Positions 17,345 through 27,435 of a stretch of 64,000 nucleotides of DNA are shown in pieces. Position 1 is the stretch's first letter, and every line of letters begins with the position of its first letter. Both the position numbers and the translations under genes were made by a program. The stretch spans positions 7,200,001 to 7,264,000 of the forward strand of contig CBDCXR010000004.1 in assembly GCA_965223845.1 (NCBI GenBank). The letters are read 5' to 3'. The notes below the pieces were generated by a model. The model searched no databases. It was given only the letters and a program-made list of their open reading frames with translations, and was not told the origin of the DNA. The DNA is from Planctomycetota bacterium. GTDB taxonomy: Bacteria; Planctomycetota; UBA8108; SXIK01.

Positions 17345-20300
17345 CTAGAGAACCGGCGAGCGCTCTTCCTGCCCCCGCGCTCCCAGGTTGCCGTAGCGGT
17401 GATAGTCTCGGCTGATGCTCTGCTCGCGCAGGTACCAGAGGAGCTCGATCCGACCGTGCGCGAGTACCGGCTCGCGCGCGACGAAGATGCCCGCCCGCTC
17501 CCCGGCCGCCGCAAGCACTCCGCCGGGGGCGCGCTCGGGCTGCGCATAGCGGATGCGGTCCGTCTGTCCGCCCCGAATCGCGTCGACGAGGTCTGCATCG
17601 TCCTCCTCGACGAACTCGATCGCCGCGGCCCAGCGCTCCGTGAGGACTTCGATTGCCGAGAGGGCCGCGCTCTCGGAGCCGGGCGGGAGGCTCACGGTCG
17701 AACGACAACCTGCGGCGCGCGCGGCCGCCACGCGCGCGAAGAGCTCGAACGCGGTATCGGCTTCGTGAACGCGGATGCGCAGCGCGTCGACCGGGCGGTA
17801 GCGCCGGAGATTGTCCTGGCCGAGGAGGCGTACGTCGTCGTGAGTCCGGCCGAACTCGGTTCTCACCCAGTAGTCGTAGCTCTCGATCGCGCCGATGATC
17901 GCTTCGACCTCGGCCGGTGCGAACTCTCCGGGGGAGCGCAGATGCTCGGCCATCTCGCGGCGAAGTCCCGCGAGAAGCGGATCGTCGATCTCTTCGCTCC
18001 GCGGTGAACCGCCGGAACTCCGAAAGTTCATGAGCTGAGCGACGTAGTTCGGACCGCCCACCTTGATCCCCGGTCCGAACCCCGATTTCCCCATCCCGCC
18101 GAACGGCTGACGACTCACGATCGCACCGGTCGTCACGCGATTGATGTACAGATTGCCGGCGCGGATTCCCTCGAGCCACTGCGCCTGCTCGCGATCATCG
18201 AGGCTCTCGAGACCCGAGGTGAGGCCGTAACCCGTCTGATTCGCGAGCGCGACCGCGTCGCGGAGGTGGCGCGCGCGCATGACTCCGAGCACGGGCCCGA
18301 AGAACTCCGTCAGATGGGTGAAGCTGTCGGGCGACACATCCCACTTCACTCCCGGGGAGTAGAGGCGCGGATTGCCTTCGCGCTGCCGCGGCCGCACGGC
18401 CCAGCTTTCTCCCGATTCCAGCTCCTTGAGCGCGGTCTCGAGCTCGCCGCGGGGCGGGCGGATCATCGGATTCACCCGCGTCTCGAGATCCCACGCCGAA
18501 CCGACCGCGAGACTCGTCACCGCGTCGCAGAGCGTTCGACGAAACTCTTCGTCCGCGTAGACTTCCTCTTCGAGGATGAGGAGCGACGTCGCGGAGCATT
18601 TCTGACCCGCGTGACCGAACGCCGATTGCACGACGTGACGGATCGCGAGCTCGCGATCCGCGAGCGCGGTCACGATCGTCGCGTTCTTTCCGCCGGTCTC
18701 CGCGATGAGATGCATCGCCGGTCGCGCGTTGAGCATGGCGAGCGCAGTCGCGGTCCCGCCGGTGAGGATGACGCAATCGACGTCTGGATGGGACACCATC
18801 TCCGCGCCGATCGTCGATCCGCCGCCCGCGATGAACTGGAGGGCGCGGCGAGGAACCCCGGCGCGCCAGAAGCACTCGCAGAGAAGTGCACCGACCAGCA
18901 CCGCGTCGGATGCGGGCTTGAGGATCACCGTGTTCCCTGCGGCGAGCGCCGCCGCGACACCGCCACACGGTATCGCGAGCGGGAAGTTCCACGGCGGGAC
19001 GACCATCGCGACGCCCTTCCCGGTCACGTCGAGTCCCTCGAGTTGCGAAAGCTCGGCTGCGGAACGCCCGTAGTACTCGAGAAAATCCACGGCCTCGGAG
19101 ACTTCCGGGTCGGCCTCGACGATCGTCTTCCCGCCCTCTGCCATGCACGCGCCGATGAGATCTCCGCGCGCGGCTCGCACCTCGTTCGCCACTTGCGCAA
19201 GGCGGGCCGCACGCTCTTCGACCGGGAGTGCGCGCCACGCGTCCGCGTCCTCGCGCGCGCAGCGGATCGCGCGCGCCGCATCGTCGCTCGTCGCCTGCGC
19301 ACAGCGCGCGACGACGACCCCGGGGCGGGAGGGATCTTCGGAATCGCGAAGCTCTCGCCCTTCGGCGATGGATTCGCCGTCGATGACGATCGGCAGAATT
19401 CGCGCACGGTCACCGCAGCGGGGCTTCCACTCGCGGACGATTCGCTCGGCCCACGCCACGTTCGCCGGGAGCGAAAAGTCGGTGTCGGGCTCGTTCGAGA
19501 ACGTCGAGAGTTCGAGCGGTGAGGACAAGTCCGGTCTTTCGCCCGCTCGCTCCTCAGCGGCACGGTCTTGGGTCCGGCGCGGAGTCGCCGGCAGATCGTC
19601 GATGACTTCGAATGCTCGGTAAAAATCGGTCTCGAGCGCCTCCCATTCGTTCGAGCCGACTTCGAGCTTGAACGCGTGCCGGAGAAAATTGTCCGGCCCC
19701 GTGTTCTCGTCGAGGCGACGGACGAGGTAGCCGATCGCGTGGATGAAGTCTTCTCGTCGCGTCGCGGGAGCATAGAGAAGAAGACTCTCGGTGATCTCTT
19801 GCAAGGCGCGTCGCTGGTGGTTCGCCATCCCTTCGAGCATCTCGAACTGCACGCGATGGATCGCGTCACGCTCGACGGCGAGCACGAGACCGTACGCGAC
19901 GTCGAAGAGATTGTGCGACGCGACGCCGAGTCGGATCGCGCCGGCGTATTCTGGATCGAGTCCCTCGTGAAGCATGCGCTTGTAGTTGGCATCGACTTCG
20001 ATCTTCGTGCGATATGGTGCTTGCGGCCAACCGGCGATCGATGCCTCGACGCGTTCCATTTCCATATTGGCGCCTTTGACGACGCGGATCGTCACGGGAG
20101 CGCCTCCGCGTGCGACGCGCTTGCTCGCCCACTCATGAATTCGCCGCTGGACGGGGATCGCGTCGGGCAGATAGGCCTGGAGCGCAATTCCTGCGCTGAC
20201 GTGCTCGAGACCGGGACGGTCGAGGGTCTCCATGAACGCCCGCGCGGTGACCTCCATATCCCGGTACTCTTCCATGTCGAGGTAGACGAACTTGGGTACC

Positions 20301-21040
20301 TCGGTTCCGTCTCGCCGGCGAAAGCGCTCTTTCGCCGCTGCGCGGTAGAGCAACTCCAGGCGATTGCTGAGAACACCGATGGTGTGCTCGAGGGCAACGG
20401 CCGAGATCTGCGAGTAAAGCGTGGAAACCTTGACCGAGATCACCTCGATCTCGGGAAGCTGCAGCGCGGCGAGATAGTTCTCGAGCCTCTGCTCGGCTTC
20501 GGCTTCCCCGAGCAGGGCTTCTCCGAGCAGGTTGACGTTCATCCGGATGCCAGCGGCATTGCGCGCGGCGAGATGGCGCGCGAGGTGATCTCTCTCCGCG
20601 GGAAGGACGACGTTCGCCGTCTCCTCGCGCATCTTGTCTTTGACGAGCGGTACGGCCACGCCCGGAAGGTAGTTGCCGAACGATTGGAATCCTTTGAGGA
20701 GCGCCCGGTCGAACGGGCTGAAGAACCGCGGAACGCCTTGCACGTCGAGGATATGAGTGAGCTGGTCTGCGGCCCGCTCCGGATTCTCCGAACGAAACGC
20801 CTGATCGGTCATCTCGATCAGGGTCACCTTGTCCGCGTTCGAGGCCATCATGCGCTCGAGCTCCGCCTGCTGGCGGCGTTCCTGCGGGGTCTGGAGTTCC
20901 GCGGCACGCGTTTGAAGCAGACGAGCGAGCGCGGTGGCCTTCGTCGCCGCCGGCGGTAGACGAGACTGCGGATCCACGGTCGCTCCGCTCAGGATCTCGT
21001 CGAGGCGCTGGCGGAGAGGGGTGTCGGTGGGATCGGCCAT
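17345..21040 (-). CDS. putA: Bifunctional proline dehydrogenase / P5C (glutamate semialdehyde) dehydrogenase
   Basis: PRODH motifs NLLGEA, YLDMEEY, RVVKGAN, VASHN and YLVRRLDEN. ALDH motifs PWNFP, AETGGKN, GQKCSA, EFFGP and QPFGG. Confidence 0.95.
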   Translation of the reverse strand: MADPTDTPLRQRLDEILSGATVDPQSRLPPAATKATALARLLQTRAAELQTPQERRQQAELERMMASNADKVTLIEMTDQAFRSENPERAADQLTHILDVQGVPRFFSPFDRALLKGFQSFGNYLPGVAVPLVKDKMREETANVVLPAERDHLARHLAARNAAGIRMNVNLLGEALLGEAEAEQRLENYLAALQLPEIEVISVKVSTLYSQISAVALEHTIGVLSNRLELLYRAAAKERFRRRDGTEVPKFVYLDMEEYRDMEVTARAFMETLDRPGLEHVSAGIALQAYLPDAIPVQRRIHEWASKRVARGGAPVTIRVVKGANMEMERVEASIAGWPQAPYRTKIEVDANYKRMLHEGLDPEYAGAIRLGVASHNLFDVAYGLVLAVERDAIHRVQFEMLEGMANHQRRALQEITESLLLYAPATRREDFIHAIGYLVRRLDENTGPDNFLRHAFKLEVGSNEWEALETDFYRAFEVIDDLPATPRRTQDRAAEERAGERPDLSSPLELSTFSNEPDTDFSLPANVAWAERIVREWKPRCGDRARILPIVIDGESIAEGRELRDSEDPSRPGVVVARCAQATSDDAARAIRCAREDADAWRALPVEERAARLAQVANEVRAARGDLIGACMAEGGKTIVEADPEVSEAVDFLEYYGRSAAELSQLEGLDVTGKGVAMVVPPWNFPLAIPCGGVAAALAAGNTVILKPASDAVLVGALLCECFWRAGVPRRALQFIAGGGSTIGAEMVSHPDVDCVILTGGTATALAMLNARPAMHLIAETGGKNATIVTALADRELAIRHVVQSAFGHAGQKCSATSLLILEEEVYADEEFRRTLCDAVTSLAVGSAWDLETRVNPMIRPPRGELETALKELESGESWAVRPRQREGNPRLYSPGVKWDVSPDSFTHLTEFFGPVLGVMRARHLRDAVALANQTGYGLTSGLESLDDREQAQWLEGIRAGNLYINRVTTGAIVSRQPFGGMGKSGFGPGIKVGGPNYVAQLMNFRSSGGSPRSEEIDDPLLAGLRREMAEHLRSPGEFAPAEVEAIIGAIESYDYWVRTEFGRTHDDVRLLGQDNLRRYRPVDALRIRVHEADTAFELFARVAAARAAGCRSTVSLPPGSESAALSAIEVLTERWAAAIEFVEEDDADLVDAIRGGQTDRIRYAQPERAPGGVLAAAGERAGIFVAREPVLAHGRIELLWYLREQSISRDYHRYGNLGARGQEERSPVL

Positions 21041-21143
21041 GGTTCACCTCGAACAGATTCACACGAAGTGCGCGAGCAAAGACGAAGAAGTGATGATTTG
21101 AGGAGCGTAGCACGCCGCGAGGTGTTCTGGCATCGTAGTGATC

Positions 21144-21620
21144 ATGGAAGCACGGAACTTCAGCATCCGCACCGCTCGCCCGGAGGACGTCGATACGCTC
21201 GCCCGATTCAACGCGGAGCTCGCACGGGAGACGGAGTCGCTCGCACTCGATCCGGACGTGGTCCAGCGTGGCGTGCGCGCCGTGATCGACGATGCGAGCC
21301 TCGGCTCCTACTACGTCGCCGAATCGAGTGGTCGCGTCGTCGGCGCTCTCATGACGACATCGGAGTGGAGCGACTGGCGCTGCGCCAAGTACGTCTGGAT
21401 CCAGAGCGTGTTCGTCGAGCCGATGTTTCGCGGGCGCGGCGCGTTCAGTGCGCTCTACGCGCACGTCGACTCCCTCGTGCGCGCGGACGATGCGCTCTGC
21501 GGTCTTCGTCTCTACGTCCACGCCGAGAATGCGCGCGCGACGTCGACCTACGAGCGACTCGGGATGCGCCACTACGGCTACCGCGTCCTCGAAACTCCGG
21601 ACGTCCTCCGGCCGGACTGA
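21144..21620 (+). CDS. GNAT family N-acetyltransferase
   Basis: Motifs EWSDWR, WIQSVFV, FRGRGAF and LRLYV..EN.RA...Y..LGM. Confidence 0.9.
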   Translation: MEARNFSIRTARPEDVDTLARFNAELARETESLALDPDVVQRGVRAVIDDASLGSYYVAESSGRVVGALMTTSEWSDWRCAKYVWIQSVFVEPMFRGRGAFSALYAHVDSLVRADDALCGLRLYVHAENARATSTYERLGMRHYGYRVLETPDVLRPD

Positions 21621-21638
21621 GATCGTTCCCCGCCCCGA

Positions 21639-24600
21639 TCAGTTCGCCGTGAGACCGAGCGCTTCGAGAAGCTTCCGCGCGTTCTCGTTCGCTGGATTCT
21701 CGGCGAGCGCCGCGCGGTAAGCCTCGGCGGCGCGCTCTCGATCGCCGGCGCGTTCGAGAGTGAATCCGCGATTCTGAAGGATCTGGCTCCGCACGGCCTT
21801 GTCGGTCGCCAAGCTCAGCGCACGCTCGAGCTCGCGCAGTCCTTCGGCCGACCTTCCACTCGCGGCGTAGAGGGTTCCGAGGAGCTGCGCGCGGCGTGCG
21901 TCTTTCGGGTGCGCGGCGACATCCTTCTCGACGAGCGGGATCGCTCGCCCGGGACGCTGGACCGACAGCCAGAGTTGTCCGTGCTTCATCGGCGCCTCGG
22001 GATCCGCGTGGGCGAACGGCAGCGCGGCTTCGAGCCAGCGCAAGCGTCCGTCGCCGCTCTGCTTCGAGGCGAAGATGAGGTATTGCCGGGAGATCGTACC
22101 CGCGAGCGTCGGCGACGGCGAAATTCCGAACGTCTTCGCGGCGATGGCATTTGCTCGCTTCTCGAGCCACGGATCGCGACCTACACGAAGGCTCGCCTCC
22201 ACGTGGACGAGGCTGTCCATGATGCCCTGCGCGGCTCGGAGGAGGCGCGGGTCGTTGAGTGGCTTCCCCGCCCGGCGGAGCCGCGCGACCTCGTCGGCGA
22301 GGTGGTCCTCGGCGACACGCACGCGCTCGAAGCGAAGAAACGCCTCCTGGAGGGTGTCGCTTCGAGCGATCGTTTCGGGCGCGACACCGGAGATCCAGGT
22401 CGCGTTCGTCAGCTCGGCGCGTCCGGCCTGCGTGAGCGCGCCGTAGGCGTCCCAGGTATGGCCGTAGAGACCGTGCGGGCAGGAGAACTCGAGGACGGGA
22501 AAGTTGTCGCTGTTCGCAACGCCCGCACCCGCGAAACGCCGAAGACCCGCCGTGTCGAGCCGAAAGTGCTTCAGGAAGGTCGCGGTATCGGTCACGCCGA
22601 GATTGGCGAGGTCGTTGGCGATCTCCGGATTGGCTAGACTCGCGGCGAAGCGCGCCTGGTCGAACGTCACCGGCGCAAGGCTCCCGATCAGCATGCAATC
22701 GAGACCGAAGTCCCAGAGCTGCGCGTGCTCGCCGAAGACCATCGAGAATGTCCGCGCCACCGTACGGAAATCCTCATCGCGCATATTGATCTTGTGGATC
22801 CAGTTGCAGAGGATTCCGCCCTCGGCGAGCCGAGCGCGGCAGGCTTCGAAGAACTCGACGGTGAACAGGTTGCCGATGCCGGCGATCCACGGGTTCGACG
22901 GAACGGAAGTGATCACGTCGAACATTTGGTCCGTGTACTCGATGTGGTTACGGCCGTCACCGACGACGTGGCGGACGATCGAGTTTGTGATCGCCCCTCG
23001 ATTCACTCCGGCGAAGTACTCCCCGGCGGCATCGACGACCTCGGGGGAGATCTCGAGGCTGTCGATGGCCTCGACCTCGGGGTAGAGCGTGAGCGTGCCG
23101 AGCGTGACGCCGCCGCCGAGCCCGAGCGTGAGGACTCGCTTCGGCTGCGGATGAAGAAGCATCGGCAAATGTCCCGCCATGATCTGGTGCGGGAGATCGT
23201 TGTTGTAGCCACCGTCGGCCGCGGCGGACGCCTCAACCTTCCCCGAGATGCGCATCGCCGTCTCGCCGGTAGCGCTGTGCCTCACGATCGCTACCGGCGC
23301 GTGCACGCCTTCCTTGTAGAGGAGGACGTCGTTGTACGCGATCACCCCGGCGGCGTAGTCGTCCTCGGCGATGACGTTGCCGTTCAGGTCGTAGTACGAG
23401 TTCTCGTAGTAAGCGTAGGCACCGCGACTGAGAAGGGACGGGTGCCAAGAAAAGTTTTCGGAGCCGAGTACGCCGGCCGGGCGAGTCGCGTATCCCCACG
23501 CTAGGACCACGACGGTGAGCCCCGCGACGATCGCGCCGCGCACGGCGACGCGTGCGGGCATAGACGACGCGAGAAGGACCAAGCCGAGAGCGAGACTGAG
23601 CCCCGCGCCGATGTAGAGGGTGGAATACACCCGCCCGAGGAGCGGGATGAGGACGAATCCTGACGTGAGCGTCCCGAGGATCGAGCCGAGCGTGTTCCAA
23701 AAATAGGCCGAGCCGACGGCGCTCCCGACGCGTTCGAGTGCACGCGTGCGGATTTTTCCGACGATCGGGAAGACCATCCCCATGAGGATGGTCGACGGTA
23801 GGATCACCGCGGAGACGATCCACACCTGCTCGAAGAGAAACTTTCCGTACGTCGGCTCGGCGATCCGGTCGAACGCGCGTGCACCGACAACCGGGAGAAA
23901 GCCGAGCTCAGGAATCGTCCACGCGACGGAGACGCCCGTCGCGAAGATCACGACGCCGAGCGCGAGTGAGAGATTCTTTACGCGGTCGATGAAGGCCGAC
24001 ACCACGCCGCCGCCGATCGCGATTCCGAGGATGAAGAGGGTCACGATCAAGCTGAACGCGTAGGTGCTGTTTCCGATCGTGAGGATGAGCGCCTTCGTCC
24101 ACGCGATTTGAAGAAGCATGTTGGCGAATCCGCTCACGCCGAAGGCGACGAGCGCCATGCGTACGGGGCCGGGAAGACGCGTTCGCGTCTCGGCTTCGCC
24201 GGAGCTCGAGGTCGGTTTCTCCTCGTGCGCCGCGACGGCGATCCGGGTTTCGTTTCGCGACAGGATCAAGATCGTCATCCCGAGACCGAGATCGACGACG
24301 ACGGCAGTGAGCGTACAGCCCCAGAGTCCGAGGAGCGGAATCGCCGCGAACCCGGCGAACGCCGCGCCGAACACGGCGCCGAGCGTGTTGACCGTGTAGA
24401 GCATGCCCACCGTCGAGCCGACTTCGTCCAGTCGACGCGTGAAGTAGCGCGCGAGCGCCGGAAGCGTCGCACCCATGAGTGTGGTCGGGACGAGGAGCAG
24501 TGCCGCGCAAAACACGATCCTCGCGGTCAGAAGGAGGGGAGCCTCCGGCCGTCCTTCGTAGTAACCGTAGAGGAAGCCGAAGATCGGGCGTCCGATGTGC

Positions 24601-24866
24601 GCGGCGAAGGGGACGAGCAGGCAAGCGATTCCGGCTGCGACCGTGATCCAGCCGTAGAGACGGAACGGGCGAGAGGCGCGGTCGGCGACTCGACCGCCGG
24701 CATAGCTGCCGATCGCGAGTCCGCCCATGAAGACCGCGACGACGATGGTGATCGAGAAGTGTGTATTCCCGATGATTCCGCCCATGAATCGCGTCCAGAG
24801 GACTTGATACATGAGTCCGGTCGTGCCCGAGAGGAAGAAGCAGGCGAGAGCAAACAGGCGAAGCAT
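21639..24866 (-). CDS. Fused multi-TM (MFS-like) / spermidine-synthase-fold protein with C-terminal TPR repeats
   Basis: Two TM repeats (SG...L.YQ..W.R; LMG...P; YTVNTLG/YFWNTLG), SAM-fold motifs LGLGGG, EIS, GDGR and PSNPW, and a TPR-like tail. Confidence 0.85.
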   Translation of the reverse strand: MLRLFALACFFLSGTTGLMYQVLWTRFMGGIIGNTHFSITIVVAVFMGGLAIGSYAGGRVADRASRPFRLYGWITVAAGIACLLVPFAAHIGRPIFGFLYGYYEGRPEAPLLLTARIVFCAALLLVPTTLMGATLPALARYFTRRLDEVGSTVGMLYTVNTLGAVFGAAFAGFAAIPLLGLWGCTLTAVVVDLGLGMTILILSRNETRIAVAAHEEKPTSSSGEAETRTRLPGPVRMALVAFGVSGFANMLLQIAWTKALILTIGNSTYAFSLIVTLFILGIAIGGGVVSAFIDRVKNLSLALGVVIFATGVSVAWTIPELGFLPVVGARAFDRIAEPTYGKFLFEQVWIVSAVILPSTILMGMVFPIVGKIRTRALERVGSAVGSAYFWNTLGSILGTLTSGFVLIPLLGRVYSTLYIGAGLSLALGLVLLASSMPARVAVRGAIVAGLTVVVLAWGYATRPAGVLGSENFSWHPSLLSRGAYAYYENSYYDLNGNVIAEDDYAAGVIAYNDVLLYKEGVHAPVAIVRHSATGETAMRISGKVEASAAADGGYNNDLPHQIMAGHLPMLLHPQPKRVLTLGLGGGVTLGTLTLYPEVEAIDSLEISPEVVDAAGEYFAGVNRGAITNSIVRHVVGDGRNHIEYTDQMFDVITSVPSNPWIAGIGNLFTVEFFEACRARLAEGGILCNWIHKINMRDEDFRTVARTFSMVFGEHAQLWDFGLDCMLIGSLAPVTFDQARFAASLANPEIANDLANLGVTDTATFLKHFRLDTAGLRRFAGAGVANSDNFPVLEFSCPHGLYGHTWDAYGALTQAGRAELTNATWISGVAPETIARSDTLQEAFLRFERVRVAEDHLADEVARLRRAGKPLNDPRLLRAAQGIMDSLVHVEASLRVGRDPWLEKRANAIAAKTFGISPSPTLAGTISRQYLIFASKQSGDGRLRWLEAALPFAHADPEAPMKHGQLWLSVQRPGRAIPLVEKDVAAHPKDARRAQLLGTLYAASGRSAEGLRELERALSLATDKAVRSQILQNRGFTLERAGDRERAAEAYRAALAENPANENARKLLEALGLTAN

Positions 24867-24952
24867 GAATCCCCGAGGCGGAAGCCGATCGGCGCGCGTC
24901 GAACAGCAGTCCGGGCGAACGCGGTTCGGGATCGCCGGGACACGAACCGGCT

Positions 24953-24961
24953 ATCATAGCA
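24953..24961 (-). promoter_or_regulatory. Putative extended -10 promoter (TGcTATGAT)
   Basis: Lies about 87 nt upstream of ATG24866 and is the same 9-mer as upstream of epmB. Confidence 0.45.
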
Positions 24962-25100
24962 CGCGCAACCGGCCGTCTCGTCCGGAGAGCGGACAAGAAC
25001 ATCGGGGCCGGCCGGAATCTGGCGCGTGATTTGCGCGAGCGATCGAGATCCGCTCGGGACGGCGTTCTCGGCGCCCCCGGCTCGCCGCGATCGTCGGGAA

Positions 25101-25141
25101 CGGGTCCCTGAACAAGCGCGACGCGCCCGTTCAGGGACCCG
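25101..25141 (-). terminator. 13-bp perfect inverted repeat just downstream of the LuxR-type gene; probable terminator hairpin
   Basis: CGGGTCCCTGAAC (25101-25113) pairs with GTTCAGGGACCCG (25129-25141), 5 nt after the stop. The U-tract is weak. Confidence 0.55.
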
Positions 25142-25146
25142 CGACC

Positions 25147-25581
25147 TTACCCGTAAAACGAAAGCGCGTGCTGCGCGAGCGCGGTGCGGCTCTTGATGCG
25201 CAGCTTCGTAAAAATCGTTCGGAGATGAGCGGCGACGGTCGCGGGGCTGATCTCGAGGTCGTCGGCGATCTTCCGGTTCGACATGCCCTGAGCGACGCGC
25301 AGCGCGATCTCGCGCTGACGACCCGTCAGCGTCTCGTCGGGGAGCAACTTGATGCGGGTGAGTACGTAGGTGTAGCCCTCGTGGTCGAACTCGGCGACCT
25401 TGAGTTGGGTCTGATCGGGGAGCGCCGTCAGCGAGTGTCGTCCGCCCTTCGAGAAACGCTTCAGAACGCGCGTTACGGACGATTTGATCTCGGGCTCGAG
25501 CTTCACCAGGATCGGATTCGGGGCGGGTTTTCTAGGCGCGCTCGTTCGCCGTTTAGTCTTCCGTTTGCGTCGTGTGGCCAC
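25147..25581 (-). CDS. LuxR/GerE-type HTH transcriptional regulator without a receiver domain
   Basis: LTGRQREIALRVAQGMSNRKIADDLEISPATVAAHLRTIFTKLRIKSR. GAGG lies upstream of GTG25581. Confidence 0.85.
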   Translation of the reverse strand: MATRRKRKTKRRTSAPRKPAPNPILVKLEPEIKSSVTRVLKRFSKGGRHSLTALPDQTQLKVAEFDHEGYTYVLTRIKLLPDETLTGRQREIALRVAQGMSNRKIADDLEISPATVAAHLRTIFTKLRIKSRTALAQHALSFYG

Positions 25582-26077
25582 GCTAACATCCTCGCTCAGA
25601 CAACTTGCGTCAGGGTGCCCGCTGACGAGTGGTGATTCGCCGGACCCGAAACGAATCCAAGCCAATGCGCCTTTGGGACTTGTTCCACCCCGAACTGGAG
25701 TACAAGTCCGCCGCCCCCGAGCTTTCGCGGCCGTTCCTCGAAGCTCCGGTCCCCCGGACGTTTACGGTTTTGTTGGTGATCTGTTTTAAGGGGTCCTACG
25801 GCGAACTCCGGCGAGACCGCCGTGTACTCTGTTTAGAGCACACTCGACGTCTGAGGGCCACACTTTTTCGCCGGGAGATGTTTTCGGTCGTTCGGAGGAG
25901 TCAGAAACGGTGGGTGTCTCGATTCGGACGTCCTGCTTCGAACGATCCGCGTCGTTTGAAGGCGACGTTCGACGCAAGCGTCGGCGAAATTGCGATGGAG
26001 CAAACGCGTCTTTGTCGACGTCTGATCCGCGACCAACTGCGACGGCGACGGGCGTTGTTCATCGATGAATGTTTCGC

Positions 26078-27322
26078 CTACGTAGTCCGGTCGGACTCGC
26101 GAGCGAGACGGGAAGTCGAACCATCGCTTCGCGCCGAGCGCCGCGGTGCCTGGACGAACGCCGCGATCGCGTTCGCGATCTCGCGACGGAATCGCGGGAG
26201 GGAAAACTCCTCGGCGCGCCGCCGGAGTCGGCGTGGATCGAACTCTCCTTCGACGCGCTCGAGTGCGGCCATCGCATCCGCGAGAGCGTCGGCGTCCGAT
26301 GGCTCATCGAAGAACACTCCGGTCGGCCCGTCCGGGCCGTCTCGAACGACCGTCTCCAGCGCTCCGCCGCGCGCGAGCGCGATCACGGGTCGCCCTGCCG
26401 CCATCGCTTCGAGCGGCGTGATGCCGAAGTCCTCCTCGCCGGGGAGGACGAGCGCGCGGCAACGTGCCATGCGCTCAGCGACCTCGCGGTCCGAAACCCA
26501 GCCGAGAAAGCGAACGGTCGGGCCGGCCAACCGGCGAAGGCGTCCCTCCTCCGTGCCGCGGCCGACGATCGCGAGACGGCGTCCGGTCCGATTGCACGCC
26601 TCTATGGCGAGGTCGACTCGCTTGTAGGGAACCAGCGCCGATACGATCAGATACTCGTCCGTCGTCTCCTCTGCCGGGGAGAATCGATCGAGATCGACCG
26701 GTGGGTAAATCACTCGGCTCGGGAACCCATAGGTGTCCTCGATCCTCGATTTCACGCACTGGGAAATCGCGATGTACTCGTCCGGATGGCGACTTCGATC
26801 CCATCGGCGCAGGCGTCGCAGCACGCGCTCGATCGACCACCGCATCGCTCGGTTGTAGCGATTCGCTCCGAAGTACGCTTCGCCTTGCGTCCAAAGATAC
26901 CGCATCGGAGTGAAGCAATAGGAGAGATGCGGCGCGTCGCTCGCGTTTCCCGCGCCTTTCGCGACGCAGTGGCTGAGCGAGAGAATGAGATCGTAGCCGC
27001 GAAGATCGAAGCTCTCCACCGCGCGCGGAAAGAACGGCAAGTAGTAGCGGTACGCGCGTCCGATCGCCGGAAAATCCTGAAGAAAGCTCGTTCGAACTCC
27101 GCCTCCCTCGATCGATCGCGAAACGCTCTCGGGAACATGGAACAGAGTGTAAAGATCAGCGTGGGGATAGAGCTCGCGGTAGACTTCGAGGCATCGCTCA
27201 CCACCACGCATCCCGGTCAACCAGTCGTGGACGAGAGCGATGCGGAGCGGACGCAGTTCCGCCGCGATCTCCTTCGCGGCCGCCGTGCTCGCATCCGCAC
27301 ATCGATCGAACGCTCGAATCAT
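26078..27322 (-). CDS. Glycosyltransferase family 4
   Basis: Motifs ALVHDWLTGMRGGER, YCFTPMRY, LVPYKRVD and EEDFGITPLEAMA. Confidence 0.9.
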   Translation of the reverse strand: MIRAFDRCADASTAAAKEIAAELRPLRIALVHDWLTGMRGGERCLEVYRELYPHADLYTLFHVPESVSRSIEGGGVRTSFLQDFPAIGRAYRYYLPFFPRAVESFDLRGYDLILSLSHCVAKGAGNASDAPHLSYCFTPMRYLWTQGEAYFGANRYNRAMRWSIERVLRRLRRWDRSRHPDEYIAISQCVKSRIEDTYGFPSRVIYPPVDLDRFSPAEETTDEYLIVSALVPYKRVDLAIEACNRTGRRLAIVGRGTEEGRLRRLAGPTVRFLGWVSDREVAERMARCRALVLPGEEDFGITPLEAMAAGRPVIALARGGALETVVRDGPDGPTGVFFDEPSDADALADAMAALERVEGEFDPRRLRRRAEEFSLPRFRREIANAIAAFVQAPRRSARSDGSTSRLARESDRTT

Positions 27323-27435
27323 CGCCGTCCGCCCTCTCCGGCGGTCTCACTCGACTCGCTGCGAGGCACACGCGAGCGTCGGGGCTCCGGCGCGGCACCT
27401 CCGCTCGGTTCTCGCACTGCGATCGCCCGTACGCT

